Sequence record: NC_041917.1
Length of the DNA: 64,000 bases
Strand: one strand, 5' to 3'
Shown: piece after piece, positions 31,001-39,652 of the stretch
Layout: each line of letters begins with the position of its first letter
How positions within the stretch are numbered: the stretch's first letter is position 1
Position numbers and translations under genes: made by a program
Notes under the pieces: model-generated
The model's database searches: none
The model's input: the letters and a program-made list of their open reading frames with translations, nothing else
What the model was told of the DNA's origin: nothing

Positions 31001-34000
31001 TAGTGACCATACACCACCATTAAATTGTGTTATGGATAGTACTGAACCGAATGTAGTACCGAATTTTGCATTCTTAGTACTAGGCGATACAGAAATGAAT
31101 TCACCAACTGATGGATTGGTAGCACTCCATGAAATAAAATCTTTACCAATAACAGTCCAATCTTGTGTAACGCCGTTTTCACTAACGTCTTCAAAAATCC
31201 AACCATGATCTTCTAGATATTGACCGTAACCACATAAGAATGTGTAAACTTCTTGGAAAGTTTTTAATAGTGTTCCATATTCATATGTTCCATATTCATT
31301 TAAGTATTCATTGTAATGAACCACAGAACGTTTACCTACAGTTACTGATGTTCTACGACCAGTTTTATTAGGTAGTTTATATGTTAATGTAGCACCAACT
31401 AGATCATATCCACTAATTGAATATCCAGAACCCGTCCATTGAATTTTAATGGCACTCATAGTTTCATCACGGAAGGATTCACTTTTTACTAAACCGATAT
31501 GTTGGTTTTCTTGTGAAATTAATCCGAATGAATCTGAACTAAATGTTAATTGATCAGCTTTAGTATATCCACCAATTCTATGACCAACATTTACATATGA
31601 TGAACGTAAAATATCTCCATAGTTAGTTGTAACATCTTTGTTTTGATAAACTAAGAAATCACTAACCCATGTTTGGTATCCTAGAATTCTTTGACCATTT
31701 TCAGTATGAACTAAAGTATTCTTGTTAAAGTTCAAGCGAAGATTAGAATCCCCGTACAAGAATTGTTTACCATCGTTAGCAATATTTTGAACAGTACTAC
31801 CTTTGGTATCATAGAAATAGTTTGCAAATTGTCCTGGTTTTGCACGTAGTAATGCCATAACTTTATCATATGAGTACATTACGGTATTCATATAAGTAAA
31901 TTCCATGTCACCCATGTCACCATAAGCCCAAGGCTCACTAAGATGTACTAATGCACCACTAACTAAACCTAATACTTCAGGTGCAATTAGAGTTAATTCA
32001 CAAATTTCTTCTCCATCAGTAGTAAAGTTTCCGGTTTTTACTATATTAAACGGTTGTTTACCAAAACGTTTATATCTATCATATTGACCTGCACGACTAC
32101 CATGTAAAATTGTACCAGTACTTGCATCACCTTGTAGACCTGTGGTATCCCATAGACCACTAGGGACGATATTTCCACCCTCGTCAGTAACATACGCTTC
32201 GTATACATAAACATATTCAGTAACACCTTGTCCTAAACGAACTTTAGTTGGTTCATATTCTTGGTTAAACCAATCTGGACGTTGTGTAAATCCAAACATT
32301 TCCCAAGGATGGGTATGTGGACGATAAGTTCCAAACATGTCAGTATAGATTGCTCTCCATGATCCACGTGCTGGAATATCAGTTGGATTTCCATCAACAA
32401 CGTATGTTGCTCCAGTATAGTTCCATGTCATCCAATTTGAAGGATCATAATCATGAGTACTGTTATCAATTCCATTTGAAGCTATGAAGTTCACATATCC
32501 ACGTAGTTCTAATTTAGTATATTCATCTAAACTATATTCAGTATTATTGAAATATGGTGTAGGTGAGAGTAAATCTTTATCCATAGGTGGTTGATAATCT
32601 ACTGTTTTGAAAGTATTATCAATACTATTATAAATTCTATTTTCCAATTCATAAATTACATCGTCCATAAGGTCAACGCCGTTAATTACACGATACGCTT
32701 TGCTAATAATACCCATATGGTCAATGTTATAACATCCAATTTCACGACCAGCTTGAAGATATGTTTCTTTTTCTGGACGATATGCCTTTAGTAATCCTAA
32801 AAACTGAGGTGTTGGTGGAATAAAGGTTTTACCTGTAGTACTGTTTGAACCGACATTATCTAATGCGAATGGGAAAGTATTATCTTTACCTACATTAATA
32901 ATGTTAAAAATCATATCCACTAAATTAGATGCACTTTCAGCTTGGAATGCTTCAGGATCTTTATTATACAAATTCATCATTTGGGTGTTAAATTTGTTTT
33001 TAAATCTAAAATATTCGAACTGTGTAAAAATAATTGCAGCAAATAGGTCTAAATTTTCATTTGCACTATGAAGCATTAATGGTAATAGAGAAGTTTCGTT
33101 CTGAATAATCTTTGTACCAACAGAATTATTCACTAAACCTTCAGATAAACGCATTTCATAGTTGTTTAAATCATTAACTGACCCTTCAGTGATGTTCTTA
33201 CCGATAATATCTAAGAAATGAGGGGTATAGTCGCCCTGATGGATATAGTCAATGAACTCATTGTATGGGTTATTTTGTAAATTAATAGGAATCTGATAAG
33301 AACCTAGTGTTAAATCTGGAACTTTAGTACTACTAAAGGTAACAATTTCAACAATACTGTCTTCGTTAATGTTAATATCATCATTTAATACAATATTTTG
33401 AACATTTCCAGAGGAATTTAATTCAGTACTGTAATTAAATGTCTTTTCTCCATTGAAGAATACTTCTAAACTTTCATTTACGTTGGACGGATCTATTTTC
33501 TGTGCCAATTCAAAAGTATGTTGGAATCTATCTGATTGAACTGCATCAGATGATGTTAAATTCCATTTCATAAATGTTGAATTTGTTGGTTTATAATACT
33601 TGTAGGTATTATCATTTTCAACAACATATGCGTACATATCTTCAATTGGGTTTTTAAATGTATTCATTTCTTGTACAGTGTTGAATACACGATACATTGA
33701 AGTTTTATTCACTTCTGGAACTTGACGAACGTATTGTTTAGACTGATCTTCACTACGAACCCAATCGGATTTAAGATTTTGAACTAATTCACCATCAGTA
33801 TTTTTTCCAATAACATTATAGAAGTACAATCCTGGAATTTCAGTAATTGCTCCAGCTTTAGAATATGAATAACGGATAGTTTGTAGGAAGTTTTCGAAAA
33901 TATAATAGTTATATTCACTCAATTCTACATGTTTACCGTAAATTTTATCTTCACCATAATTGTAATTGATTTTTAGACCAAATAGACTTGAACCAGTAAA

Positions 34001-35116
34001 GTTATTACTAGGATAGATAGTACTATTATCTAATTTGAATCCATTTTTATCATAAAGTTGGAATAATGGGAACGTGTTTACCCCTGGTTTTGCCTGAGCG
34101 TTAACCCAATTGCGACCATTCCAATAAACTGCGGTATTTCCATATGTATTACCACTACGAACAAGAATAACATCCCCATTTAATGGTTCGCCTGTTGGTC
34201 GTTCAGTAGTTTCTTCGTCTTCATCAAGTACTAGGCCGTACACACGAGTACCATCTGCCATTTGTTTAATGTAAACTTTATATATACGGTTATTTTCACC
34301 AGGGTTACCAATACTAGTGAATAAAATTCTGTCTCCAGCTTGTAATACAAATCCATCTACACGAACATTATCACCAACGTTCTTTTGTACAATATCTTCA
34401 GGTTTGATTGAATCTGATAGATAGTTTACAACTCCACGGAATTGAGTTCCGTAGTTCATTAATTCAATATTTTTGTTGAATTCAATAATTGGTGCTTGTG
34501 CACGAGCAAAACGACCACTTGTAGCCATTTGTTCAGTAACAATAGTACCATCAGGTAGTTCCTGACCGATAGTATACCAAAAATTCTGTAATGACCATGT
34601 GTTACCATTCAATGCACCACGTTCCATTACGATATAATCTGGATTAATACCATATTCGTTCTGTGAATCCCATAGATAGGAGCTGAAATTTTGTAATTTG
34701 TTTGGGTTGATTGGTGGTGTCCATGCATAGTACTTCCCACTCAATAAACGTGCTTGATTATCTGCCAACGCTCCGTAATGTTCCAAATAACCAACTAAAT
34801 CTGGATAGAATTGGATCGAACGAACGCTTGTATCAGCATTGCGTGAAACATATGCAGTACTGAATTGATAGTCTTGACGTTGTAAATCTAGTTCATTTAG
34901 GAAAATCTTTCCTGATGCAGCAGGTGAGCCACGGTCACCAATATAACCGTCAACTATGTTTTCATCTGCTGGATTAAACCATTGTTGGATAATATCATCA
35001 CAGAACATTTGAATCTGTTCTAGACCTTGCATCCATTCAGGCAATCTCTTTATGAACAACTTCTGATTAACAGCTTCTGTTACTTTTGAAAGCTGAAATT
35101 TAAATTCGTTCGCCAT
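25097..35116 (-). CDS. Giant baseplate wedge protein (gp7 position), about 3340 aa
   Basis: Uninterrupted ORF directly downstream of the gp6-like gene; VKPYRTKIR-type wedge motif; start moved to MANEFK (GGAG SD). Confidence 0.7.
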   Translation of the reverse strand: MANEFKFQLSKVTEAVNQKLFIKRLPEWMQGLEQIQMFCDDIIQQWFNPADENIVDGYIGDRGSPAASGKIFLNELDLQRQDYQFSTAYVSRNADTSVRSIQFYPDLVGYLEHYGALADNQARLLSGKYYAWTPPINPNKLQNFSSYLWDSQNEYGINPDYIVMERGALNGNTWSLQNFWYTIGQELPDGTIVTEQMATSGRFARAQAPIIEFNKNIELMNYGTQFRGVVNYLSDSIKPEDIVQKNVGDNVRVDGFVLQAGDRILFTSIGNPGENNRIYKVYIKQMADGTRVYGLVLDEDEETTERPTGEPLNGDVILVRSGNTYGNTAVYWNGRNWVNAQAKPGVNTFPLFQLYDKNGFKLDNSTIYPSNNFTGSSLFGLKINYNYGEDKIYGKHVELSEYNYYIFENFLQTIRYSYSKAGAITEIPGLYFYNVIGKNTDGELVQNLKSDWVRSEDQSKQYVRQVPEVNKTSMYRVFNTVQEMNTFKNPIEDMYAYVVENDNTYKYYKPTNSTFMKWNLTSSDAVQSDRFQHTFELAQKIDPSNVNESLEVFFNGEKTFNYSTELNSSGNVQNIVLNDDININEDSIVEIVTFSSTKVPDLTLGSYQIPINLQNNPYNEFIDYIHQGDYTPHFLDIIGKNITEGSVNDLNNYEMRLSEGLVNNSVGTKIIQNETSLLPLMLHSANENLDLFAAIIFTQFEYFRFKNKFNTQMMNLYNKDPEAFQAESASNLVDMIFNIINVGKDNTFPFALDNVGSNSTTGKTFIPPTPQFLGLLKAYRPEKETYLQAGREIGCYNIDHMGIISKAYRVINGVDLMDDVIYELENRIYNSIDNTFKTVDYQPPMDKDLLSPTPYFNNTEYSLDEYTKLELRGYVNFIASNGIDNSTHDYDPSNWMTWNYTGATYVVDGNPTDIPARGSWRAIYTDMFGTYRPHTHPWEMFGFTQRPDWFNQEYEPTKVRLGQGVTEYVYVYEAYVTDEGGNIVPSGLWDTTGLQGDASTGTILHGSRAGQYDRYKRFGKQPFNIVKTGNFTTDGEEICELTLIAPEVLGLVSGALVHLSEPWAYGDMGDMEFTYMNTVMYSYDKVMALLRAKPGQFANYFYDTKGSTVQNIANDGKQFLYGDSNLRLNFNKNTLVHTENGQRILGYQTWVSDFLVYQNKDVTTNYGDILRSSYVNVGHRIGGYTKADQLTFSSDSFGLISQENQHIGLVKSESFRDETMSAIKIQWTGSGYSISGYDLVGATLTYKLPNKTGRRTSVTVGKRSVVHYNEYLNEYGTYEYGTLLKTFQEVYTFLCGYGQYLEDHGWIFEDVSENGVTQDWTVIGKDFISWSATNPSVGEFISVSPSTKNAKFGTTFGSVLSITQFNGGVWSLLDDTNDGIRPYEIDTSRIGNVFSVRLVDDSDKRMALIRVSVVAYEHAVIFDDRTIFGNDLYIPKYGSVHEMIKMYGYVTGSWNGRLEAPGFIILEAGTLPDFEKLVTDFQHYYDNDNPVDNVTLRNLARHVIGFQTRDYISQMITSDTSQVDFYKGFIRDKGTNQVFERVLRVSKSYNTDNYKALQEWAFKIGEYGNIYGKKHLQFQLINNEFAQEPQMFTFDENATSDTDNNNIIFYGTQGVDSRWVTRPNGQFSFPMRNGKSERINLPDIGPVTLDEVSYSTRDFTTAYVDRLNYINNTGDTPTSVWVFRDMDNNWNIFELVNTGITLNSITPIGDEDNYPGNHCTLELSSAHGMDDGDYFFFVDESEYMPDLLKAETQYFTTGSDPKSFVIPLDVTNTISFTEGNPVLYRYVNRFSTNAAKDSYINKKYSYAAPESTLFVRPTTYNSTNNVTELYMNTFDPINGVIPGSIMSDITYISTIDPAKYNSDDEKMQAWGSEKVGLVWWNTTNAFFMDYTRPLYDADGNVDEVATNEYKRYNWGKLLPNSEINILEWVASPVLPYEWDKYCVRQAKLNKDNTAWVPSGQAIDDFYSEFQEYDESTDSYQTVYYFWVKNTIYVPKVKNRNKPCNELSRTIQDPSLLNAPWFAPISQNSFIVSGLQQEITDDKSILSITYQNNATEVVKHEQYQLCKEGMDYNFNPIIWDSLWNSLESQEVLPNGKIKELHYPTNDNGILPGETWFRDPIEARRTFVDSANAIYKTVNVTTNTVVMNDVFNVKTEEQNPNLISFKVLNYNNELVINPSVDVFVENDAVLVSTNGTLPSPLNSTSVYFVHFDENNYIRLMNSPSTGGTAVYITLENRGEGQHKMIKQSDYIESLGTSLDMTQYWSLADWYDIGYSENTTYTDEVSLESANQKNYQEGDVIRITDAEGVWTLYTKTLSRNVVIWQAVARQNSTVALNNQLYNGYEQYNADGSLTNVEINVRKALALLKNSFYSYQSRLVFDMVKYVHTEQTVVDWVFKTSYIFVVGLEQSLQQNYGNDNLINQIVDYFEEVKPYRTKIRSQIEQKTSNTDEMNGLMNDLDPNGYVFVNGAWVKTQDDIWDVEYAQFNPVTNKWEIHGSLPSNFVYPNRRFQESYETLVYDNFQCTPDSDLDDRLTLEQVNNSFMTNVNDVLPVGNHYKLQRYSYSYPQIDYVSINEVVLARMSVYYPDMNVSGKIQDEINKKLQEFVNDIDATELFETRLEQVTQAAYDSDSSVSVANQYNQYNTLANRRRLYTSLSDNSIAQEMNCPFKGRILTDNPNTRLPFGFSASNVENYGYIMYGRDLYEKFVSIVKDANPSFSEAQINDYLVYEYGLYPWKYDMDLVDEDGNHTGKTYLDTLYVLSAMRNTYNPDSVDQYEIAKQILAMPTIDMYCMVMIPRKLASVLNVNTRQFLSVPSDISLKDFMENAFITGDVVSLEEPSLDDLPLDINNPLYSNIQEVIAGVNNVQYFDDMNAFDNFGLESQTKDVLYSASGVVDSTKDPVFVDVSDINPIGLDAAQMRFTVNGYSYDTAGNTQLRSQGNFQIEGYVLQNPYNRKEAIVSIPRYNQAIEYMNRNLISKNEIRYSYQIKDVINASGTIRLVQKNDFKVGEKVMVFTPEADDYDVLMTDNTWKTILPVNNIKNGTRPRIFTVSAVNGDTIRIGGLNFSSTYDSQSDTLMDSSKSTSINVVRITSFADDEFVSGGVNLYSTERTYRISILDYDSFYDKMLIGNKYADNYTTDDYDNWYLSNEIVEVDGIDIDHGYYLPIYGKGVLSELVRTKMDDSLQIFVYEYKVSDIKPVKTGSTWSYSGTLVDNVYVSDKNASLVVAYVDSIEKREFIAKPLGVSNTTILDGVLDVTPTANNYIISVYDELIELRNTNHMARSQHGTVENNFVKGTTYTDLGIVLGLEDDMDVYGHNYPQIPLTTYSTGYSVSGTVIGQLL

Positions 35117-35154
35117 TATAATCTCCAATAAAAAATTCTTTTTCTCATTTGTTT

Positions 35155-35193
35155 TATTTATGGAAGAACAAAGGGCATCCGAAGATGCCCTTT
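35155..35193 (-). terminator. C(UUCG)G terminator (35170-35193) followed by late promoter ATAAATA (35155-35161)
   Basis: Minus-strand aaagggcatc-ttcg-gatgcccttt. Confidence 0.8.
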
Positions 35194-35196
35194 AAT

Positions 35197-38100
35197 TTAT
35201 TTTCCAATATTAATATTACTTTTTGCTAATGAGTTAACAATAATGACATTATCAACTGTAGCGGTGTTGATAAAGAGTTGGTCTGATTCACATGGAATTT
35301 CAAACAACTCACCAAACTTAGAACTTGGATTTTGTGGTACAATTACAATTGATGCAATCTCAGTACTCAAATTTATATGTATATAAGTTGCTAATTCTGT
35401 GAAATAAAAGCTTTCTCCAAAATCCCAATTATCAACGGAGAAGAAATCATTAGTAATTGATATTACTCTCTGTCTAATTTCATCATCACTTAATGTACTA
35501 TTAGGTAATTTGATAACTTTAAAGTCAGCACGATAATCTGAATCAGCGGCGTCACCAAATAATTTCAAATAACTTGCACTATGCCATATTGTACTATCAC
35601 TAATTACTATTTTGTTTTCAACATCAGCAAACATCTCCTTCAACTCAGTACTAGTAGGTGGTTTAGGGAAATCTGAACCATTTGCTTGTTTTAACCATAT
35701 ATCAACAGCAGTTTTGTACGAATTTGTTAAAACATACATATCAATTAAGTTAGTTTTACTTGGGTCAATTCGATTATCATCTGGTGCGTAGTGCTTCCAG
35801 TGATAATTTAAATTAACACGTGCATCTTTCTTAATAAAATAGTCCGTACTAACATCCACATAACCATAATAATCAAGTTTTACAGTTTCATCGGCATCTT
35901 CATCACTCATGTTTTGAATTGCACGAACAAACGCTTGTTCTGGTGTAATTGGAGTTTGATCTGTTGGTAAAGTCATGTTTGAAAGGAAATTATTCAATCT
36001 ATCATTATTATTACCAACCGTTTGTTCAACAAAATAATCATTCCCATTATATTCAAAACCAATTACGAATCCTGAACCTTTAGAATATAAATCAGTCATT
36101 GATGTACTTCTCATGTTGACATTTCGTAATAAAGCTGCCTTTCTATAAGCAATAGTTTCTGCATTTGCTTGTGACGCTGTATATGTCCATGAACTGTCCA
36201 ATAAAGTAAATTTGCCAGCAGATGGTTCAACAACATCAATAGTAAAATCAGTATTTTCTTGGAAGAAAATCCACTGTTCATATTTTACCTTGTCAGTTCC
36301 TGTCCATTCTGGTACAATCTTTCTGAACTGGTTAGGACTTAATGGAATTCCATTTGTATCACGTGCTGCACTTGTAATAATTACACGAGAACCATCAATA
36401 TATCCATTTTCCTGATTAACAGTTTTTATAATCTGGAATTGTTCATCATCTGAATATCCTGAATTATTAACATAATTAGTATTATAGGATAACACAACTA
36501 TTTTATCAGATTGAACTGTACCAGTACTAATATCACTAATATTTTCAGTACTTACAAAATAAAATCGAACTTTATCTCCACCAACAAAAATATAATTTAC
36601 ACCTCTAGACACAAATTCCCATGATTCTGATGTATATGATACATTAATCAAAATAGGATAAGTGGTGTTGTTATAAACAACAGTTGTTGTATTATATGTT
36701 CCTTCAATTGGAATCCATGATAATGTATTAGGATCGTATATTAATACAAAGTCGGTTTTTTTATCTAATGTACTAGCAATTGTTTGAACTTCAACATTAG
36801 AAAATTTAACTCTAAATGGTTTTATAAATTCAGTAGCTAATTGACCTGAGCTAATTGGCATTGATAATACTAGATAATTATCAATAACATCTACTACTGA
36901 AGTCCATACATCAGTACCGGATGGTGTAGAAAAATTCAATAATGTTCCAATATCATAAAGTACTGGTGTCCCAGCATTCATCAATCTACCATAGGTATTT
37001 GAAGTATAACTTGAATTAAATTCAGGCGTCCATACTTGGTTGTTAATAATAGAAACCGTATTTGTTGGATATTCTTGATATAATTGAATTACTGAATTAT
37101 CACCAATCAATGGTTGAATATCATCAATAACAATTGATGTATTGGATTTAGAGGTTGGTAACAATACTGTGTTTAGTGATTGTATTTCATCTCTATAAAC
37201 TCCACCATCATCGGTAAAAATATCGGTATTCTGATATTTTCCAGTTGGATCATTAATATCAATAAATCTTGATTGACCTGAATATATTCTATTAATAGCT
37301 TTAGCTTTAAGTACCGTGTTTCCTAGCATTAAGGGTGCAATATTATAATCTTCGCCATTGACAAAACGGTTTTGTGTATAATATAATTGTGGTGCACGAT
37401 CTTTAATTTGCTCTAGGGTTTCTCTTGATTGAGCAAGAGATGATTGGAATTGTAAACTAAATTTCAAATCCAAAGTACTACTTTCAAATTCAGATTGTGA
37501 ATCAGTACGATATGTGTACTTAATAGACTTATTTTGAATATCGGTAGTTTTTATTGTATAAGTTTCACCATTACTAACCCTGTACCAAATTCTATATGAA
37601 CCACGTGGCACTTGTCCACTTCTAGCATCAGGGAATTTAAGTGTTATTTGATCATTATCGCGGGTTGTTACAGAATAGATATTTTTCAATCTACGATCTA
37701 CTGAGTTATATGCAATAGATTCCATTGCCGGAACACGTGTCCACTTAGTACGAACTAAACCGTCTTCTGTAATTTCTTGAACCCAAACATCTATCTCATT
37801 AATGTTGTTAGTGTCAATATCTTGAACACGATTTTCAATTCTCTGATCATATTGGAAATCACTAAATGTTAAATTTCCTTGTTTAAAGTAAACAAAAAAT
37901 CCGGTATTTGGTGAATCAAAACCATTACCATCATTTCGATATATAATATGTTTTTGTTCTTGAGGTTGTGGATGACGTTCTTGTACTGTTCCAGTACTTG
38001 TTAAATCTGGATTTACTACTTCAAATGTCATAGATTCACCATTAATATTCGCAGTGAATGGAATATTAGGAGAACTCATCGGTATAGTATTCATTCTATA

Positions 38101-38658
38101 TAAGTGATTTGATACACCATTAATAGTTATTTTTTTAACAGGATCGCCAAATTGGTTAGTGTCAATAAAAAGACTATTCATTACTAGAATGAAATTTTCA
38201 TACCAGTTATCATCGCCTTGATCATTCCAACGAATGGTTTGGTTTTTTAGTGAAGTACCGAAGCTATTTTTTATTTCTTGGTTCGTTTTAATCTCAGTCA
38301 CTTTTGCAAGTGCACGACCAGGATATGCACGTTTTGGTGCATAGGAAATCATTTTTGCCAATTTGAGTACTGAAGCTCGACGTTCTGCTGTATCTAGAAA
38401 GTTCTCTCTACTGTTCATATCCATACGGAAAGCTAAGTTTTGACCTAGCAATGCGATGGTATCTAGAATAAAAATAAATTCATCATTTTCAATCCAGTCA
38501 TTAAATGAATCTGGATAGGTTAAACGTAAGTAGTTCACCATACTTTCACGTATAGTATCGAAATCATACGCAGTTAAATTTATTTGAGCAAAAGACTCAT
38601 ATACTTGTTGCCAGTCTTCAGCAGCATACAAATTGGATTGTCTTTTTTGTTGTGCCAT
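35197..38658 (-). CDS. gp6: Baseplate wedge protein, T4 gp6-like
   Basis: AYDFDTIRESMVNYL, ENFLDTAERRASVLKLAKMISY, ETLEQIKDRAP and NRFVNGEDY motifs. Confidence 0.85.
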   Translation of the reverse strand: MAQQKRQSNLYAAEDWQQVYESFAQINLTAYDFDTIRESMVNYLRLTYPDSFNDWIENDEFIFILDTIALLGQNLAFRMDMNSRENFLDTAERRASVLKLAKMISYAPKRAYPGRALAKVTEIKTNQEIKNSFGTSLKNQTIRWNDQGDDNWYENFILVMNSLFIDTNQFGDPVKKITINGVSNHLYRMNTIPMSSPNIPFTANINGESMTFEVVNPDLTSTGTVQERHPQPQEQKHIIYRNDGNGFDSPNTGFFVYFKQGNLTFSDFQYDQRIENRVQDIDTNNINEIDVWVQEITEDGLVRTKWTRVPAMESIAYNSVDRRLKNIYSVTTRDNDQITLKFPDARSGQVPRGSYRIWYRVSNGETYTIKTTDIQNKSIKYTYRTDSQSEFESSTLDLKFSLQFQSSLAQSRETLEQIKDRAPQLYYTQNRFVNGEDYNIAPLMLGNTVLKAKAINRIYSGQSRFIDINDPTGKYQNTDIFTDDGGVYRDEIQSLNTVLLPTSKSNTSIVIDDIQPLIGDNSVIQLYQEYPTNTVSIINNQVWTPEFNSSYTSNTYGRLMNAGTPVLYDIGTLLNFSTPSGTDVWTSVVDVIDNYLVLSMPISSGQLATEFIKPFRVKFSNVEVQTIASTLDKKTDFVLIYDPNTLSWIPIEGTYNTTTVVYNNTTYPILINVSYTSESWEFVSRGVNYIFVGGDKVRFYFVSTENISDISTGTVQSDKIVVLSYNTNYVNNSGYSDDEQFQIIKTVNQENGYIDGSRVIITSAARDTNGIPLSPNQFRKIVPEWTGTDKVKYEQWIFFQENTDFTIDVVEPSAGKFTLLDSSWTYTASQANAETIAYRKAALLRNVNMRSTSMTDLYSKGSGFVIGFEYNGNDYFVEQTVGNNNDRLNNFLSNMTLPTDQTPITPEQAFVRAIQNMSDEDADETVKLDYYGYVDVSTDYFIKKDARVNLNYHWKHYAPDDNRIDPSKTNLIDMYVLTNSYKTAVDIWLKQANGSDFPKPPTSTELKEMFADVENKIVISDSTIWHSASYLKLFGDAADSDYRADFKVIKLPNSTLSDDEIRQRVISITNDFFSVDNWDFGESFYFTELATYIHINLSTEIASIVIVPQNPSSKFGELFEIPCESDQLFINTATVDNVIIVNSLAKSNINIGK

Positions 38659-38689
38659 ATGTTATACACCTCATATAATAATATAGAAA

Positions 38690-38726
38690 TATTTATCCAA
38701 AAAGAAAGGCATCCATAGGATGCCTT
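38690..38726 (-). terminator. Terminator (38706-38726) followed by late promoter ATAAATA (38690-38696)
   Basis: aaggcatcc-ata-ggatgcctt with a U-tract on the minus strand. Confidence 0.75.
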
Positions 38727-39114
38727 ATGCTGCATTAATAAATGCCATTCTTTGTTGAGATCGATTGTCGAAGACTAAAGTAAGTTCTTCAACTGTCTCA
38801 AGTTGAACATATCTTAATAACATGTTGACTTGATAACCGTACTCAACGTTTTGTACTTGAATCGATAATAGAAGTAATCTAGGATCTTGTGACACTATAT
38901 TTCTAGCATCAGCTTCCAATAACTGTGAATTACCAGGTCTATCTAGTTCGAATAATAAATCCCAACCAATAAATCCGTAATCAACATCCATTACCCGTTC
39001 ACCCTTTCTTGTATTAAAATGGTTAATAAGATCTTTCTTGACCAATTCAACATCGTACAGTACTTGAGTTTTGCCGACTATAGGAGAAGCAAAACCTTTA
39101 AATGTCACAGCCAT
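38725..39114 (-). CDS. gp25: Baseplate wedge subunit, T4 gp25-like
   Basis: DLINHFNTRKGERVMDVDYG...DPR motif. Confidence 0.88.
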   Translation of the reverse strand: MAVTFKGFASPIVGKTQVLYDVELVKKDLINHFNTRKGERVMDVDYGFIGWDLLFELDRPGNSQLLEADARNIVSQDPRLLLLSIQVQNVEYGYQVNMLLRYVQLETVEELTLVFDNRSQQRMAFINAA

Positions 39115-39124
39115 ATTTTATTCC

Positions 39125-39613
39125 TTATAGAGATTCAACGATTCTTGCTAATTTCTCAGCACGAGAAGTCGTTTGTTTGTACCATGCAGAATTTCTCATT
39201 CCTGCTGCTGCACCTTTATAATCCCCACGACCCATACATGAAAGAGTGTTCTTGAATTGTAGAACCTTACCTTTACCCATTTGGAATACCATTTGAGTTA
39301 GTACTTTCTGTAATTCAAGTCCACCTTTCATACCATATTGTTCGTAGATTGATTTTGCATCAGCAACTTTAGAAGCTAAATCTTTTGCAAGTACATCGTT
39401 TGCTTGACCTTCGGTTAAGCCTAATTTAAAGTTTTCACCTTCCGTAATTAAATGTCCATAACCTATTGTTGGATAACCTAAACTATCCTTGTATGTCCAA
39501 AACTTATTGTCTTTGTAATAACCTAATTTAGATTGGTACGCAATAGTTCCTTCATATGTTTTAATATCATTTAATAGATCAGGATCTTTACTTGTTAAAA
39601 TCCAATTACTCAT
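39125..39613 (-). CDS. T4-type (GH24) lysozyme, standalone
   Basis: EG...YKDSLGYPTIGYGHL catalytic E/D/T; MVFQMG and SAWYKQTTSRA motifs. Confidence 0.92.
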   Translation of the reverse strand: MSNWILTSKDPDLLNDIKTYEGTIAYQSKLGYYKDNKFWTYKDSLGYPTIGYGHLITEGENFKLGLTEGQANDVLAKDLASKVADAKSIYEQYGMKGGLELQKVLTQMVFQMGKGKVLQFKNTLSCMGRGDYKGAAAGMRNSAWYKQTTSRAEKLARIVESL

Positions 39614-39645
39614 AATAATTACCTCCCATTGATAATTAGTACAAG

Positions 39646-39652
39646 TATTTAT
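39646..39652 (-). promoter_or_regulatory. Late promoter for the standalone lysozyme, overlapping the gp5 stop
   Basis: ATAAATA on the minus strand. Confidence 0.6.
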
